This document shows positions 59,927 to 64,000 of a DNA stretch of 64,000 bases, piece after piece. The DNA is from Pseudomonadota bacterium (lineage in GTDB: Bacteria > Myxococcota > JACRCW01 > JAFGSX01): positions 140,314-204,313 of the forward strand of contig JBDRCO010000118.1 of the NCBI GenBank assembly GCA_043821645.1, given 5' to 3'. Made by a program: the position numbers and the translations under genes. A model generated the notes under the pieces. It did no database searches and was not told the origin of the DNA. It was given only the letters and a program-made list of their open reading frames with translations. The stretch's first letter is position 1. Each line of letters opens with the position of its first letter.

Positions 59927-60050
59927 CGCACAGAGCGATTGCCGCGGCCCGGACGACCCTCGATAATGGGGTCCGAGGTGAGGTTCGTAGTCTGGACCTC
60001 GTGGGCGCAGGCCGGATTGCGCCTGGGGTCCCCACCTCGTGGAAGCCACC

Positions 60051-61391
<1,341 letters not shown>

Positions 61392-61392
61392 T

Positions 61393-62112
61393 ATGTCACT
61401 GCGCGATCGCACCCTGGATCCGGCTCGCCGCCAGCGCATTGCCCGCGTCAAGCGCTGGATGGCACCGGTGCGCGCGGCCATCATCGTCGGCCTGGTGTGG
61501 TGGATCACCGGCGCCCATCGCGGCGACTCCGGGCCCGCCCTGCTCCTCGCCCATCTGGTGCTGTTTCTGGGCATCACCCTCGAGCGGCTCACGGTGCCGG
61601 CCTGGGTCGAGGGCTGGCAGAGCGATCGCCGATCCAAGGCACGGCTGGCCCTGGCCTTCTTCCTCACGGTGGGGGTGTCCTTTGCCGAGCGCGGCCGCCA
61701 CCCCATCCTCGTGCCCACGCAGCAGCTCGAGATCGCTTTTCTGATCGCGGGAGCGCTGCTGGTGGCCGTGGGCATGGGGGTCCGGCAGTGGGCCATCCGC
61801 AGCCTGGGCGCCTTCTTCACCGACCGCGCGCGCATCGTCGACGATCACCAGCTTGTCCAGCACGGCATCTACGCCCGGCTTCGCCACCCGGCTTACCTGG
61901 GACTGGCACTGGTGTTCGTGGGCTACCCGGTGATGCTGCTCAGTGTCGCGGGGGCCGTGGTCTGCGCCATCGTGCTGCCCTGGTCGCTGGGCTTTCGCAT
62001 CCGCACCGAGGAGGCCATCCTGTCCACGCACTTCGGTGCGGCCTGGGATGCCTACGCCGCACGGACCCCGGCGCTGTGGCCCTTTGGACGGCGGATCCGG
62101 CCCGATGGATGA
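61393..62112 (+). CDS. Isoprenylcysteine carboxyl methyltransferase (ICMT/PEMT) family membrane protein
   Basis: LG.FFT, HQLV..GIY...RHP.Y.G, RI..EE..L...FG..W..Y...TP..WP. Confidence 0.88.
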   Translation: MSLRDRTLDPARRQRIARVKRWMAPVRAAIIVGLVWWITGAHRGDSGPALLLAHLVLFLGITLERLTVPAWVEGWQSDRRSKARLALAFFLTVGVSFAERGRHPILVPTQQLEIAFLIAGALLVAVGMGVRQWAIRSLGAFFTDRARIVDDHQLVQHGIYARLRHPAYLGLALVFVGYPVMLLSVAGAVVCAIVLPWSLGFRIRTEEAILSTHFGAAWDAYAARTPALWPFGRRIRPDG

Positions 62113-62193
62113 GGCTTGTGCTCGGTTTAAAAATTGTAATTATTTAATATTAACGAGTACATATATTCTGTCTTTGGGCGGATCCGGTGGGTG

Positions 62194-62652
62194 CTATTTC
62201 TTTTTGAACAGGCCCAGCACACCGCCCGGGTTCTTGTGCTCGTCCGGGACGTTGCGCAGTCGTGGATCCGGTCCCTGACGCAGGGGGGAGGCCAGCAGCT
62301 CGGCCGCGGCGGCGCGCTGGGTCTTGTCGATGCTGTCGCCGGCGAGCAGCGCCTTGGCATCCACGCCACGTTTCTGCAGCGCCGGGATCGCAGCCTCGGC
62401 GATCTTGATGACCTTGTCCGCGGCTTTGGGACAGCTCTGCTTCTCACTCAGCCACCAGGCAAAGATCACCAGCTCCTCGACCGCGGGCAGCAGGTCGGGC
62501 TGGTCGAAGTGCTTGCTCAGTTCGGCCCTGAGCTTCTTGCTGCCCTCGGCACCCAGGTCCAGGTCCTCGGCCTCGCCCTTGACCAGGGCCTCGAGGCAGA
62601 GCTGACCGATGGGGTGCGCGCTGCGGGGGCTGTCATCCTGAGCTTGGGGCAT
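62194..62652 (-). CDS. Hypothetical protein
   Basis: SD GGAGG before ATG; helical, charged sequence. Confidence 0.7.
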   Translation of the reverse strand: MPQAQDDSPRSAHPIGQLCLEALVKGEAEDLDLGAEGSKKLRAELSKHFDQPDLLPAVEELVIFAWWLSEKQSCPKAADKVIKIAEAAIPALQKRGVDAKALLAGDSIDKTQRAAAAELLASPLRQGPDPRLRNVPDEHKNPGGVLGLFKKK

Positions 62653-62770
62653 GGGGTCCTCCGGCGCGCTCGAGGCGAGCGGGTGACGGGCTCGGGCAAC
62701 GCCCAGGTGCGATCAGGGCGCGCGGCCGCCGCGTCCGAAACGTGTCGTCGTGATCAGAAAAGGGGGCTGC

Positions 62771-63007
62771 TCAGCCGTCCATCCCCAGCGCCTGGACATT
62801 GTCGAAGTTGCCCGAGCGGATGGCGCCGCCCAGCCCCGGGTAGGTGCCCGAAACCCAGGACATGGCCGCGTACTTGGCCAGGTTGTTGAGTCCGCTGTAT
62901 TCCTTGGTCAGGGCGCTGAACTCGGCCTTGCTGAGCTTGCCGTCGTCCATGGCCTTGGCCACGTTGGCCTTGAAATCCGCGCCTGTCAGTCTGCCTATGG
63001 TTGACAT
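62771..63007 (-). CDS. Small hypothetical protein (78 aa)
   Basis: SD GGAGG before ATG 63007; EF-hand-like DDGKLSKAE. Confidence 0.6.
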   Translation of the reverse strand: MSTIGRLTGADFKANVAKAMDDGKLSKAEFSALTKEYSGLNNLAKYAAMSWVSGTYPGLGGAIRSGNFDNVQALGMDG

Positions 63008-63116
63008 GGGTCGTGCCCTCCACCTCGAAGTATCTCGAAATATATCAGATTGGCCGCACCGGCTGCGGCTAAAAAAGCATGCGCCACGAGGCGCCTCGAC
63101 CCGCAGGCGAAGCCCG

Positions 63117-64000
63117 TCACTGCTTGGTCCAGGTCGTGCCGTCAAAGGTCAGCGAGCTGCCTGAGCAGCTGTAGTCATAGCTGGCGCTCTGATTGAGCGG
63201 GTTGGGCCGGCCGCAGGTCTCGCCGTAGCCGTAGTTCAGAGTCAGCGTGCTACCGCTGGTGGACCAGGTGAGGTCGACGTAGTTGGCACTGCGCACGCAC
63301 TCGCCGTAGCAGTCCACGGTTTCAACCCTGCCACTGCCATCGGTCTTGAGAATGATGCGGTTGGATTCGTTGTTGCAGCCCGGCGGCGCATCCCAGGTGC
63401 CCGCGACACAGTCGTCGCCTGGCGTGCCCCCGGGCGGGGTGGGCTCCTCGCGCAGGTTCTCGCCCTCGCTCTCGACGCTGCCGCTCCAGCTCTCGCCGTT
63501 GCTGTCCTTGACGTCCTCGAAGGCCATCGCGATGTGAAAGGTGCCGTAGGACGTGCCCACGCGATTGATGCCCAGCGGGCCCGTCCAGTCTGCCGGGCCA
63601 GCCTCGAAGCGGAACTCCGACACCTTGACTGTCCCCTTCAGATCGCCTCCGCCGCCCATGGCAAACAGCTGGCCTGGTGCAACACTCTCGTCGTCCATGG
63701 CAGCCTGGCTATAGCCGTTCATGTCCTCGGCGATCTGGTATTCGCCGTTGCCACCCGAGCCCAGGCCCAGGGTGAGGTAGGCGGAAAAACCGTCGTAGGG
63801 CGAGTCCGGTGCGAGCGCGATGCGGAACTGATCGTGACCATTCTTGGCTGCGTACGAGGCTGTGCAGTCCGTCCAGTCCACCGACCGTTCGCCGATCTTG
63901 AGATCCAGACCTGCCACCTTGCAGTGTTGTTTTTCCCACTCCACGTCCACAAGACACGAGCAGTTGTTGACGCTTGTCGCGACCACGAGCGCGAGGCCCG
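63117..64000 (-). CDS. Exported Cys-containing hypothetical protein, N-terminus at or beyond the window edge; lipocalin-like C-terminal domain
   Basis: Open to the window end; VAGTW...L..DGSG...W......LTL pattern. Confidence 0.6.
   Translation of the reverse strand, partial: GLALVVATSVNNCSCLVDVEWEKQHCKVAGLDLKIGERSVDWTDCTASYAAKNGHDQFRIALAPDSPYDGFSAYLTLGLGSGGNGEYQIAEDMNGYSQAAMDDESVAPGQLFAMGGGGDLKGTVKVSEFRFEAGPADWTGPLGINRVGTSYGTFHIAMAFEDVKDSNGESWSGSVESEGENLREEPTPPGGTPGDDCVAGTWDAPPGCNNESNRIILKTDGSGRVETVDCYGECVRSANYVDLTWSTSGSTLTLNYGYGETCGRPNPLNQSASYDYSCSGSSLTFDGTTWTKQ

Noticed and set aside
62124-62169. Possible XerCD dif site
   Set aside because: One arm resembles the XerD consensus (TAATATTAAAT on the minus strand), but the XerC arm does not fit. 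Such matches are expected in AT-rich sequence.

Overview
This is a high-GC, densely coding chromosomal window with a Myxococcota/Deltaproteobacteria-type gene repertoire (Dif-like chemosensory cluster, MglA/SofG-family GTPase, Hanks kinases, Cys-rich lipoproteins, tandem lspA). I found no rRNA, tRNA, CRISPR array or mobile element. In order: (1) a cobalamin riboswitch heading a 7-gene corrinoid-uptake operon (btuB-like receptor, three accessory putative surface lipoproteins, btuFCD); (2) a minus-strand secA-lspA-lspA-mnmG-mnmE-kinase run with a long structured secA leader; (3) peptidases, folK, an FAH-family and a YkgJ-family gene; (4) a SofG-like GTPase coupled to a PocR-type histidine kinase, thiL, a difA/C/D/E/G-like cluster and an ECF sigma/anti-sigma triad; (5) a coupled operon of a three-subunit xanthine-dehydrogenase-family molybdoenzyme, a geranylgeranyl-reductase-family flavoprotein and a squalene/phytoene-synthase-family protein; (6) a kinase, DUF362, kdsC, HtrA, an OB-fold lipoprotein and RNase R; (7) twin paralogous lipoproteins, a frameshifted histidine kinase, a sigma54 regulator and an ICMT-family methyltransferase, then a sharp AT-rich island. 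The best novelty candidates are the accessory surface-capture genes of the B12 operon and the molybdoenzyme-isoprenoid operon. All calls come from motif recognition by eye; no searches were run.
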